DNA from: a virus
Taxonomy: Duplodnaviria > Caudoviricetes
Reading direction: 5' to 3' (one strand)
DNA: 64,000 nucleotides
Virus record (IMG/VR): IMGVR_UViG_3300028591_000072
Span: 128,001 to 192,000 of that record
Under the pieces are notes generated by a model. It had not been told where the DNA came from. It did no database searches and saw only the letters and a program-made list of their open reading frames with translations. The translations under genes and the position numbers were made by a program. Within the stretch, counting starts at the first letter, position 1; each line of letters starts with the position of its first letter. This document shows positions 49,379-58,874 of the stretch, in pieces.

Positions 49379-49535
49379 TAAAAAATAAGAGCCTGTTCAA
49401 GGTATTTGGATAAAGATGATAAATATGCGACAAATGAATGTAAACTTTTAAGCATAATTAAAGGATAACTACTATTTATGTTATAAAGTAAATTACAATG
49501 TATTGTATGGCTTTTAATATAAATTAAACAACAAT

Positions 49536-49570
49536 AAGGTGCTACTATGGAAATAGTAGTGCCTTTTTTT
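49536..49570 (+). terminator. Intrinsic terminator with GGAA tetraloop upstream of phoH
   Basis: AAGGTGCTACTAT-GGAA-ATAGTAGTGCCTTTTTTT. Confidence 0.75.
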
Positions 49571-49603
49571 GTTGTTCGTTAATAATTCTAAAAAACTATT
49601 TTT

Positions 49604-50401
49604 ATGGCTAAGAAAAAGAGACTTGTAGAATCATTAGATGAAGATGAACTTGCTTACATTAGTGAAAAAATGTATCCAATTAAAACAAACACAATTGATT
49701 TTGAATCGTGTAAGGTACATATAAAATGTAAAAATCCACATCAAAAAGAATTTTTAAAGCAACTTGACGATAAAAATAATGTTATATGTTTTGGGGAAGG
49801 AGCTGCTGGTACCGGAAAATCTTATATTTCTTTGGCGTATAGTTTAAAACAATTGTTAAATGGCGGGTGTGAAAAAATAACAATAATTGTTCCGACTTGT
49901 CCTTCTGGTGGTGATGGAATTGAAATTGGATATTTAAAGGGAAATTATGATGAAAAAATAGGCCCGTTTCTTGAGGCTGATATTGATACAATGAAAAAAA
50001 TATTGAAAAAAAGCGGAAATTCAAACTATAACGAGGTTATTGATTATCTAATAAAAGATGGAAAAATAGACTTTCAAATTGTAAATTATATTAGAGGTAA
50101 ATCAATAAACGGTATAATATTGGTAAATGAGTGTGAACAATTTACAAAAGAAAATTTAAAATTAATTTTAACAAGAATAGAAGATGATGATAGCGAAGAA
50201 GATATGCTAACAAAGGTAATCATAACTGGTGATTTGACACAATGCGATAGAAAATTGATTAACAATAACAAAAATAAGTCTGGTATGGAATATGCAATGG
50301 ATACATTAAAGAATTTAGATGAAGTATCAATAACACGTTTTGATAATTCTGATGTTGTTAGGTCAAAAATTGTGTCAAAAATATTGGATTTATGGGATTA
50401 A
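49604..50401 (+). CDS. phoH: PhoH-like ATPase
   Basis: G.AGTGKS, IGYL.G, YIRG, LTRI, ITGD..Q.D, DVVRS. Confidence 0.85.
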   Translation: MAKKKRLVESLDEDELAYISEKMYPIKTNTIDFESCKVHIKCKNPHQKEFLKQLDDKNNVICFGEGAAGTGKSYISLAYSLKQLLNGGCEKITIIVPTCPSGGDGIEIGYLKGNYDEKIGPFLEADIDTMKKILKKSGNSNYNEVIDYLIKDGKIDFQIVNYIRGKSINGIILVNECEQFTKENLKLILTRIEDDDSEEDMLTKVIITGDLTQCDRKLINNNKNKSGMEYAMDTLKNLDEVSITRFDNSDVVRSKIVSKILDLWD

Positions 50402-50475
50402 TTGTTGACTTTTTGTTATATTGGAACAACATAGAGCTTTGATTTTTGGATAAAATTTTGTATATTATATAAAAA

Positions 50476-51720
50476 GTGTGGGAAATGGGTCAACCTGTAA
50501 GGCCAAATATAAAAGAATTACATCCTGAGTTGTCCGCAAAGCCGTTTTTTACGTTGATAATTGACGGAAACAATCTTTTGCGCCAATGTATGGCTGATAC
50601 TAAGGTGAATGCCGATGGTATTCACTATGGTGGTATATTCCAATTTTTGCTTCAAATTAAGTTAATGCTAAAAGACTATCAATATTCGTATGTTTATGTG
50701 GTTTTTGATGACTCTGAATCTGGTATTTTGAGGTATCAGTTATACAATGAATATAAAGCCAACAGAGATAAAAACTATGCAAAGCATGTTATTGATGGTG
50801 ATGAGGAAAGTGACTATTGGAAACGTTTGAATATGACTATTAAGTGTATGGAAAAGGCCATATATAATAAAAGTAAGAAAAAAGAGCGTGAAGAATCACT
50901 TTCTGACGAAGAAAAGGCTTTAAAAGAGGAAAGAAAGAAGAAAAAAGAGATTGTTGACGAAAATTTTGAACGAGAACGGAACATTATAATGCAATATTGT
51001 GATGAGTTGTTCATAAGGGTACTTTTTGATAATAAAACAGAGGGTGATGATTTCATTGCATACTACACATTACATAAAAAGCCTGAAGAAAGGGTTGTTA
51101 TAGTAAGTTCTGACCAAGATTTAACGCAATTAATAACGCCAACTGTTTCAGTTTATGACAGAAGAATTAAAAAATACCTATCTGTTAAGAACTTCAAGTC
51201 TATTAAGGGATATCCCATTGAAAATGTTGTCATAAAAAAGATTTTATGTGGTGATACATCGGACAATATAGGTAATATTAAGGGACTTTCAGAAAACAGA
51301 TTGATGGAATTGATGCCTGAAATGGCGGATAGACCAATTACAATTGAAGAGGTAAAGGAAAGGGCCCAAAAACTGATAGATGAACGAATAGAGCAAAAGA
51401 AAAAGCCATTACAATGGCATGAAAACATAGTAAATGGCGTTTCAAACAAGGAATACGATGGGGATTTCTATGAAATTAACGAAAAAATTATTGATTTAAA
51501 GCATCCTTTACTTACAAAACGAGCAGAAAATGATATTGAATCAATGATGTATGCACCTATGGACCCAGAAGGACGTTCTTTTGAAAATTTATACGAAATG
51601 ATTAAACGTGATGGAATAGAGGATTTAATGAATTCTAATTCTTTTTCAAGTTTTTTTATTCCATTTAAAGAATTGACTGATAGGGAAAAGAAAAAATTTA
51701 ATGATGAAAAAGATAATTAA
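50476..51720 (+). CDS. 5'-3' exonuclease/flap endonuclease (T4 RNase H/PolI N-domain-like)
   Basis: IDGNN, VFD, YKANR, EGDD, SSDQDLTQL, GDTSDNI..IKG. Confidence 0.9.
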   Translation: MWEMGQPVRPNIKELHPELSAKPFFTLIIDGNNLLRQCMADTKVNADGIHYGGIFQFLLQIKLMLKDYQYSYVYVVFDDSESGILRYQLYNEYKANRDKNYAKHVIDGDEESDYWKRLNMTIKCMEKAIYNKSKKKEREESLSDEEKALKEERKKKKEIVDENFERERNIIMQYCDELFIRVLFDNKTEGDDFIAYYTLHKKPEERVVIVSSDQDLTQLITPTVSVYDRRIKKYLSVKNFKSIKGYPIENVVIKKILCGDTSDNIGNIKGLSENRLMELMPEMADRPITIEEVKERAQKLIDERIEQKKKPLQWHENIVNGVSNKEYDGDFYEINEKIIDLKHPLLTKRAENDIESMMYAPMDPEGRSFENLYEMIKRDGIEDLMNSNSFSSFFIPFKELTDREKKKFNDEKDN

Positions 51721-51804
51721 TCTTTGTTTTTTTAAAAATAATTTTATATGATATAAGTACAATTTGAACTTAAGTATATTGTTTAATTTTTAAAATTTAA
51801 AATT

Positions 51805-52569
51805 ATGGTAGATTTTAAAGCAAAGTCCAACGAATCTCAGCAAAAGGACTATAAAGAAAGATTCGAGTTTGTTTTTACAACCGATGGTAACATTATTTGT
51901 CAGCGTTACTTCAGAATTAATAACTTTAATCCTACTTCGTTGCGTTCTTATGAACTTACAAACGCAATTAGAAGGTGTGCTTCTGTTATTGACAGAGACC
52001 TTAGGGACAAAACACAGATTTATCTTTCCATTTATGCTCCAAGAGTATTTGATACTCAAAAGCAAATGGAAGAATACATTGCAAAAGATGAAAATTTTTC
52101 AAAGATGACGATTGGAGAGGGCCTTGTTGTAAGGGGAAACACTGAGACTGATTTTGTTCTTTGTGCAGACAAGACAGCAAAGCCAATTGGCAGCAAATTT
52201 GACGATGGCGAACTTACTGAGGCAAATCCTGAAGATAATAAATCTTCATATAAGTTTGCATTTAAGGTTGATGGGAAGGAGGTATGCTCAATTGCTTGGG
52301 ATGGGTATTATCCTAAGTTTGTGAGAGATAAAATTGACATTTCCAACAAGAGAGGTAAGTTTTCTGAGGAAGATACGGAGCATTTGACGTTTGAACAGTA
52401 TCTTCTTTATATGATGGTTAAGGACAAGTCTGACCTTGTTTATGGCCTTATTAAAAACATTTGCTACGCTTGTAGCTATCCAGATAGCAAGGATTATACG
52501 GTAGACGTGGATGACATTTTTGATTGTTGGAACCACGATTCTGCTATATTGCTATATAATTTGGTATAA
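51805..52569 (+). CDS. Hypothetical protein in the replication cluster
   Basis: 254-aa ORF; NIICQRYF motif. Confidence 0.7.
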   Translation: MVDFKAKSNESQQKDYKERFEFVFTTDGNIICQRYFRINNFNPTSLRSYELTNAIRRCASVIDRDLRDKTQIYLSIYAPRVFDTQKQMEEYIAKDENFSKMTIGEGLVVRGNTETDFVLCADKTAKPIGSKFDDGELTEANPEDNKSSYKFAFKVDGKEVCSIAWDGYYPKFVRDKIDISNKRGKFSEEDTEHLTFEQYLLYMMVKDKSDLVYGLIKNICYACSYPDSKDYTVDVDDIFDCWNHDSAILLYNLV

Positions 52570-52580
52570 TTATGTGATAA

Positions 52581-54110
52581 GTGGGTAAACAATTAGATAA
52601 GAGTAACTTAGGTTACTTAGATTTGGAATTTCAATATAAACTCGTAAAGATTTTTGTTGAAGAACCAAGATTCTTTGAAGATATCGCATCAATTGTTGAC
52701 CAAAATGCATTTACTGACGCATTACTTAGGACTTTTGTGGGTACAATTAAAGATTACTACAAAAATGAAAATGTAATGCCATCTTACGAAGTCATTGGGT
52801 TTTTGCTGAATCAAAAGGCAAAAACCCAAAATGATTTAGATGAGTGGAATGCACTTATTAAGAAACTTAAATTTGAAACAAGTTATGAGGGTTATACAAT
52901 TGTAAAAGAAACAGCTTTACGATTTTTTAAACAGCAAAACTTAATTAAGGTTGCTAATAAAATTCTTGAAATTGCAGGAAAAGGTGATATTGACCGTTAT
53001 GAGGAATGCCAAAGAATGCTAGACGAGGCTGCAATGGCCGGCCAGGATGAGGATTTTGGGTATAACATTTATGAAATGATGGATAAAGCATTGGCAAATG
53101 ATTATACTGTATCAATTCCAACAGGCGTTAGCGTTCTTGACGACGTTCTTGGAGGTGGACTTGATAAAGGAAAGTTAGGGCTTATAATTGCTCCAGCTGG
53201 CTTCGGTAAAACAACATTTACGACTGCAATTTGTGCTTATGCAGCAGGATATAAATGTGACATGAATAACAATCAGGGCTATAAGGTGTTGCAGATATAT
53301 TTTGAAGACGATGATGTTGATATAACAAGAAAGCACTATTCAAGAATTACGGGTTGGGAAGCAAGAACCATGAAAAGGCTTTCTCAACAAGATAGGGAAG
53401 AGGTTACATCGTGGCTTAATAATTTTGAAGACAAGGAAGCACTGAAAAATAACCTAAAGTTAAAGCATTTTAAGACAGGAACAAAAAGTGCAAGCGATAT
53501 TGAAATCTTTGTCAGAAGATTAATTAACACAGGATTTAAACCTGATTTGATTTCAATAGACTATTTTGAATGCCTTGCACCGGAAAAGGGTGGATATTCA
53601 ACTGATACAGAGTGGACACGTGAAGGTGTTACAATGAGAAAGTTGGAAAATATGGCACATGACCTTGATTGTGCAATTTGGATTCCGACACAAGGCACAA
53701 AAGATAGTATGAACAGTCCTGATGTTGTTAGAATGGACCAAGCAAGCGGTTCTGCAAAAAAAGTACACGTTGCGCAGCTAATTCTTTCAATTGCAAGAGC
53801 GATTGGCGATATAGATAAGAATAAAGCGGTAATTTCGGTTCTCAAAAATCGTTCAGGAAAGTCAGGAAAAATATTCAATAATGTAAAATTCGATAATGGA
53901 ACAAGTACTATTTCTTGTGACGAGGTTCAAGAGTTTGACGATTCCCTTGCTTGGGATGAAAAAGCTGCTGAACTTCAGCAACAGCAAACAACAAAATTAT
54001 TTAGGGAAATAAATTCTAAAAAAGACGAAATAATTTCCCAAAAAACTGATAATAAAGATATTGGAGAAGGTAATTTTGTTGGAGTAATAAAGCCAAATGA
54101 TAATTTTTAA
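52581..54110 (+). CDS. Replicative DnaB/gp41-like helicase
   Basis: IPTG...LD..LGGGL, APAGFGKTT, IDYFE, W.PTQG, KNRSG. Confidence 0.9.
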   Translation: MGKQLDKSNLGYLDLEFQYKLVKIFVEEPRFFEDIASIVDQNAFTDALLRTFVGTIKDYYKNENVMPSYEVIGFLLNQKAKTQNDLDEWNALIKKLKFETSYEGYTIVKETALRFFKQQNLIKVANKILEIAGKGDIDRYEECQRMLDEAAMAGQDEDFGYNIYEMMDKALANDYTVSIPTGVSVLDDVLGGGLDKGKLGLIIAPAGFGKTTFTTAICAYAAGYKCDMNNNQGYKVLQIYFEDDDVDITRKHYSRITGWEARTMKRLSQQDREEVTSWLNNFEDKEALKNNLKLKHFKTGTKSASDIEIFVRRLINTGFKPDLISIDYFECLAPEKGGYSTDTEWTREGVTMRKLENMAHDLDCAIWIPTQGTKDSMNSPDVVRMDQASGSAKKVHVAQLILSIARAIGDIDKNKAVISVLKNRSGKSGKIFNNVKFDNGTSTISCDEVQEFDDSLAWDEKAAELQQQQTTKLFREINSKKDEIISQKTDNKDIGEGNFVGVIKPNDNF

Positions 54111-54122
54111 AAAAAAATATGG

Positions 54123-54153
54123 GGCTTTTTCAAACAAAATGAAAAAGCCTTTT
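54123..54153 (+). terminator. Putative intrinsic terminator
   Basis: GGCTTTTTCA...TGAAAAAGCCTTTT. Confidence 0.55.
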
Positions 54154-54182
54154 ATTTATTAAAATAAGAAAAGATTTAAGAT

Positions 54183-57100
54183 ATGAATGTAAGAAAAAGT
54201 GATGGCTCTTATGAAGAGTTTGATAGAGAAAAAGTTAAGAATGGAATATGTGATGCTTATGTCGAGGCTGGAGAAGAATGTAATGAAATTTTAATTAACA
54301 GCATTGTTGATAACTTGTTTTTGTTCGACAAAATTGATAGTAGTGAGATACGAAGGCAAGTTGAAGATGCATTAATGTCAATAAATAAAAAAGTAGCAAA
54401 GGAATACATCAAGAAATTCGTTTCTGATAGCGAATTAAAGAAAAGGGGTGATTTTATAACGAGTTACATTAATGCCACAAATGCTTCTACTGGTTCAAAA
54501 TACGATTCAAATGCAAATGTAGCAAATAAAAATATTGCGACGTTAAATGCTGAAATACCAAAATTTGAAAATATAATGTTTAACCGTAAAAATACATCTT
54601 CTAGAATAAAGAAATTGTATTCAAATAAGCTGGCCAAACAATATATTGATGATTTAGAAAATCATATAATATATAAACATGACGAAAGTAGTTTTGGGAT
54701 TAATAGTCCATATTGTGTTGCAATTCAATCATATCCTTTTTTAACTGATGGCTTAAAGGGTCTTGGCGGATTGTCCGCAGCGCCTAAAAACATAGATTCA
54801 TATTGTGGAATGTTTGTTAATCTTATTTTTGCAGTTTCCTCTCAGTTTGCAGGCGCTGTTGCTTGTTCTGGCTTTTTTAACATGTTTGATTATTTTGCGA
54901 GAAAGGAATGGGGTGATGATTATTATAAAGAATCAAATAGTTTTTATAAAATTGGATATAAATTAAGAAAATTATTAAATAAGACACATTATTGGACAAA
55001 CAATGTCGTTGAACTTTCAGAACATGATTTTGGTGATGAAGAGATGAATAAATTAAGGGATGAGATTGTGTATGAAAGTACAAGACAATTAACCGAAGAA
55101 GAATTAAAAACTTATATTGAAAACATAAAAAAAGACCCAAATTATGTTTTTCATTTTGGCGATGGTACAAGAACAATTAAGGGCCAAATATACCAATATT
55201 TCCAACAAGTAGTTTATGGAATAAATCAACCTGCCGCAGCAAGGGGATTTCAGAGTGCGTTTGTTAATTTTGGATATTTTGACAAGCCTTATTTTGAAGG
55301 TATGTATGGCGAATTTGTGTTTCCTGACAATACACGTCCTCAATGGGAATCTGTTTCTTTTATACAAAAGACATTTATGAAATGGTTTAATGCTGAAAGA
55401 ACAAGATGCGTTCTTACATTTCCAGTTGAAACAATGTCACTTCTTTATAGGGATGGTGAATATGTTGACAAGGAATACGCTGAATTTACGGCTGAGATGT
55501 TATCTGAAGGACATAGTTTCTTTATTTACACAAGTGATTCACCGGATACATTAAGTTCATGTTGCTTTAGTAAAGACCAAAAAGTGTTATGGAAGTCATC
55601 AACTGGAGGTGTCAATTTAACAACATTAGAGGAATTGCATAATGCGAAATGGGAAACAGAAAAGAAAAATCTAAGGATTTTCCATAACGGAAGTTGGGTT
55701 AATGGGAAGACAGTAAAGTTGTCTAATAGAAAAATGTATAAAGTTGTTACAGAAAACAACAAAGAATTTTATATGACAGATAATCATATAAATGTAACGG
55801 CTGAAGGTGAAAAAACAACGGATAAACTTTCAACTAATGATTATCTAATGTTTAATACAATGGCATTAAATGCCATTTCTGAAAATGATGAACATTTAAC
55901 ATACGAACAAGGCTTTGTCATTGGTGCATTTCTTGGTGATGGTTCATTTGGCAGCGAAGTGAATGGGACCATATATAGTATTAATTTTTCCCAAAATGAA
56001 AAAAAATATGAGAAAATGATGGATATGATTGATAAAGCGAATAAGCAAGTTGGTGGAGATAGTTTTTCCTGTTTAAGAACTGTTTATAATAACGTATATC
56101 CAGTAGAAATAAGTTCAAAAAGACTTGCATCTTTTATCATGAAATGGACAAATTGGCACAGAGGGGTATATGCTTATAATAAAGAATTGAATCTTAATTG
56201 TTTATTACAGTCTGTTGAGTTCAGGAAAGGTATTCTTGATGGATGGTATAATACAGATGGTGGAAATACTAACAGATGTTATACGACAAGCAAAAAACTT
56301 GTTGAATGCATGGAGGCTTTAATTACATCACTAGGAATGCAGTCAATTATAAATGTTAGCAATAGAACAACGGAAATATGTGGCTCTAAAGTTGTTATAA
56401 GGGAAAAGGAATATAATAGAAATTATCCTTTATATTGTGTTAGATGGTACGAGCCTGTTAATAATAGGAAAAACAAGAATAAAGGAAACAGTTGGATAAA
56501 GAAAAACAATTCAATATATTTTAAAATAAAGTCAATCGAGCCATTTGAATATAATGAAGATGTTTATTGTATTGAATGCAATAATGAAGATGAACCTTAT
56601 TTTACATTACCTTCCGGATTGATAACCCATAATTGCAGACTTTCAAATAAGATACAAGAAAACACATTTACGTTTACCAATGGATTAACAGGCGAACAGA
56701 CTGGTTCAAAATCCGTTATTACACTTAATTTCAATAGGATTATGCAAAACTTTGTTAATGAACATTATAATGGTGAAGCGGATTCATTCAACAAGGATAA
56801 ACAAGAGTTCATGGATGGCTTTAAGAAATATTTGCAGCCAATACTTGAAAGAGTATATAAATACCATACGGCATATAATGATATATTATGGGAATTGTAT
56901 AATGCAAATATGCTTCCTGTTTATTCAGCCGGATTCATACATTTAAACAGGCAATATCTTACGCTTGGAATTAATGGACTTAATGAGGCATGGATGTTTT
57001 TGGGCGGAAAATGTAATTACAATAAAGATTATTTATATTTCACTTCTTCAATTACTGGTTTTATGAAACAACAGAATGCAATTCATAAAACAAGAAAAGA

Positions 57101-57578
57101 ACTATTTAACACCGAGTTTGTACCTGCGGAATCACTTGGAATTAAGAATTATAAATGGGACAAAAATGATGGATATTGGGTACCAGAAGGGAGAAATTGC
57201 TATACTTCTTATTTCTTTTTACCTGATGATGATGAAATTTCAATATTAGACAAAATGAAATTACATGGAAAAGAAAATGTTGAGTCAATCGATGGAGGTT
57301 CGGCATGTCATTTACAATTGATGGAGCATTTAAGTATCGAACAATATCGAAAGTTGCTTGATTTCGCCGGTAAAGTAGGATGTAATTACTGGACGGTTAA
57401 CGTAAAAAATAGTGAATGCAAAAATTGCGGATATATTAGTAAACATACGATAAAAAAATGTCCTAAATGTGGAAGTGAAGATTTTGATTATTGGACAAGA
57501 ATAATTGGATATTTGAGAAAAGTAAGTGACTTTAACGAAGGTAGACAAATAGAAGAAAGTAAAAGGGTTTATTCTTAA
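54183..57578 (+). CDS. nrdD: Anaerobic (class III) ribonucleoside-triphosphate reductase containing an intein
   Basis: N-terminal ATP cone, YKHD, SSC/CRL loop, PAESL, CxxC..CxxC, glycyl-radical RIIGYL. Confidence 0.95.
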   Translation: MNVRKSDGSYEEFDREKVKNGICDAYVEAGEECNEILINSIVDNLFLFDKIDSSEIRRQVEDALMSINKKVAKEYIKKFVSDSELKKRGDFITSYINATNASTGSKYDSNANVANKNIATLNAEIPKFENIMFNRKNTSSRIKKLYSNKLAKQYIDDLENHIIYKHDESSFGINSPYCVAIQSYPFLTDGLKGLGGLSAAPKNIDSYCGMFVNLIFAVSSQFAGAVACSGFFNMFDYFARKEWGDDYYKESNSFYKIGYKLRKLLNKTHYWTNNVVELSEHDFGDEEMNKLRDEIVYESTRQLTEEELKTYIENIKKDPNYVFHFGDGTRTIKGQIYQYFQQVVYGINQPAAARGFQSAFVNFGYFDKPYFEGMYGEFVFPDNTRPQWESVSFIQKTFMKWFNAERTRCVLTFPVETMSLLYRDGEYVDKEYAEFTAEMLSEGHSFFIYTSDSPDTLSSCCFSKDQKVLWKSSTGGVNLTTLEELHNAKWETEKKNLRIFHNGSWVNGKTVKLSNRKMYKVVTENNKEFYMTDNHINVTAEGEKTTDKLSTNDYLMFNTMALNAISENDEHLTYEQGFVIGAFLGDGSFGSEVNGTIYSINFSQNEKKYEKMMDMIDKANKQVGGDSFSCLRTVYNNVYPVEISSKRLASFIMKWTNWHRGVYAYNKELNLNCLLQSVEFRKGILDGWYNTDGGNTNRCYTTSKKLVECMEALITSLGMQSIINVSNRTTEICGSKVVIREKEYNRNYPLYCVRWYEPVNNRKNKNKGNSWIKKNNSIYFKIKSIEPFEYNEDVYCIECNNEDEPYFTLPSGLITHNCRLSNKIQENTFTFTNGLTGEQTGSKSVITLNFNRIMQNFVNEHYNGEADSFNKDKQEFMDGFKKYLQPILERVYKYHTAYNDILWELYNANMLPVYSAGFIHLNRQYLTLGINGLNEAWMFLGGKCNYNKDYLYFTSSITGFMKQQNAIHKTRKELFNTEFVPAESLGIKNYKWDKNDGYWVPEGRNCYTSYFFLPDDDEISILDKMKLHGKENVESIDGGSACHLQLMEHLSIEQYRKLLDFAGKVGCNYWTVNVKNSECKNCGYISKHTIKKCPKCGSEDFDYWTRIIGYLRKVSDFNEGRQIEESKRVYS
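55563..56633 (+). mobile_element. Intein with LAGLIDADG endonuclease (357 aa) in nrdD
   Basis: Starts CFSKDQ; block B TDNH; IGAFLGDGS and LDGWYNTDGG; ends THN followed by Cys(+1). Confidence 0.93.
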
Positions 57579-57581
57579 ATT

Positions 57582-58061
57582 ATGATTAAATATTTACAGA
57601 CAAAGGTTGTTTTTTTTGAGATACCTTGTGAAATTACGCTTGCTGTCAACATAACAAATTGTCAAAACAGATGTGTAGGATGCCATTCCCCTGAACTAAG
57701 GGAAAACATCGGAACTGAGTTGACAAATGAAGAGGCTGACAAAATGATAAAGGAAAATGATGGAATCAATTGTTTTCTTTTTATGGGCGAGGGAAACGAC
57801 AAGGAAGGCTTAATTTCACTTATGCAATACATGAAAGATAAGTATCCGTCTTTAAAGCTTGCATTGTATAGTGGAAGGGAAAAAGTCGAAGGCGAATTGC
57901 TTAGATATTTGGATTATGTCAAGGTTGGCCCATATATTGAAATGTATGGGCCTCTTAATAAAGAAACAACGAACCAAAGGCTATATCAAATAGAGCATTT
58001 TGAAAATAGTGATGTTGAATTTAAGCTTGTTGATATTACAAATTTATTTTGGAAAAAATAA
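57582..58061 (+). CDS. nrdG: Anaerobic RNR activating enzyme (radical SAM)
   Basis: CQNRCVGCHS; TTNQRLY; adjacent to nrdD. Confidence 0.92.
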   Translation: MIKYLQTKVVFFEIPCEITLAVNITNCQNRCVGCHSPELRENIGTELTNEEADKMIKENDGINCFLFMGEGNDKEGLISLMQYMKDKYPSLKLALYSGREKVEGELLRYLDYVKVGPYIEMYGPLNKETTNQRLYQIEHFENSDVEFKLVDITNLFWKK

Positions 58062-58067
58062 TTTATT

Positions 58068-58874
58068 ATGAAAAAAAGGTTGGTATTTTTTATATATGTT
58101 GATACGGATTATGTGAACAGTAGAATATATGATGTTCATTTTTATCTTTTAAAACATTTTAAGTATAATTTCGATGAATATACGTTTTGGCTATCATTGA
58201 AAGACTTTAGTGAAGAAAATATAGAATTTGCAAGCGAAATTGTTAAAAAATTAATGTCTTTCGGGTTCACAAAAAATACGGAATATAAAATATATGAAAA
58301 TGATTTTTTAAGGGAAGCAAAATGCTTCAATGAAGAGGTTGTGACGAGAGTTTTTGGTGGTGATAATGAACTTATTTTTTTTGGGTACACAAAAGGCTTG
58401 TCAAATGAATTTAATGATTCATTGCTTTTTTGGATTTGTTCGATGTATTATTTTGGGCTGAATTTTAAAAATCGAATTGATGATATTTTTAATGATAAAA
58501 ATAATCACATTGCGTTTTACGGATTTCCTTTAATGGATTATAACACTTGGAACATTGTTAAATATAATCATATGTATGCAGGTACGTTTTATTGGATTAA
58601 TACTGAAATGGTTAGAAAGATAAAGGATTTTTATAATATTGATTTTTCTGTAATTGAAAATAGGGATTACGCTGAAAATTTTACTGGAGATAATTTTTTG
58701 CCTTGTTTTTGTGGGACATATACTGGAAAAAGAATGCCTTGTTGGGAAATGTATCATTTTTCAAGGAATGGAATGGTTAATGTTTTTAATGAAAATGAAG
58801 GGAATTGTGCGGATTTGAAAGAATTTTGTGAATTTTATAATAAAATGATAAATGATTTAAATATTTTTTTATGA
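58068..58874 (+). CDS. HTKG-family paralog (YTKG variant), putative glycosyltransferase-like
   Basis: YTKGLSN, YAGTFYWIN, AENFTG. Confidence 0.55.
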   Translation: MKKRLVFFIYVDTDYVNSRIYDVHFYLLKHFKYNFDEYTFWLSLKDFSEENIEFASEIVKKLMSFGFTKNTEYKIYENDFLREAKCFNEEVVTRVFGGDNELIFFGYTKGLSNEFNDSLLFWICSMYYFGLNFKNRIDDIFNDKNNHIAFYGFPLMDYNTWNIVKYNHMYAGTFYWINTEMVRKIKDFYNIDFSVIENRDYAENFTGDNFLPCFCGTYTGKRMPCWEMYHFSRNGMVNVFNENEGNCADLKEFCEFYNKMINDLNIFL

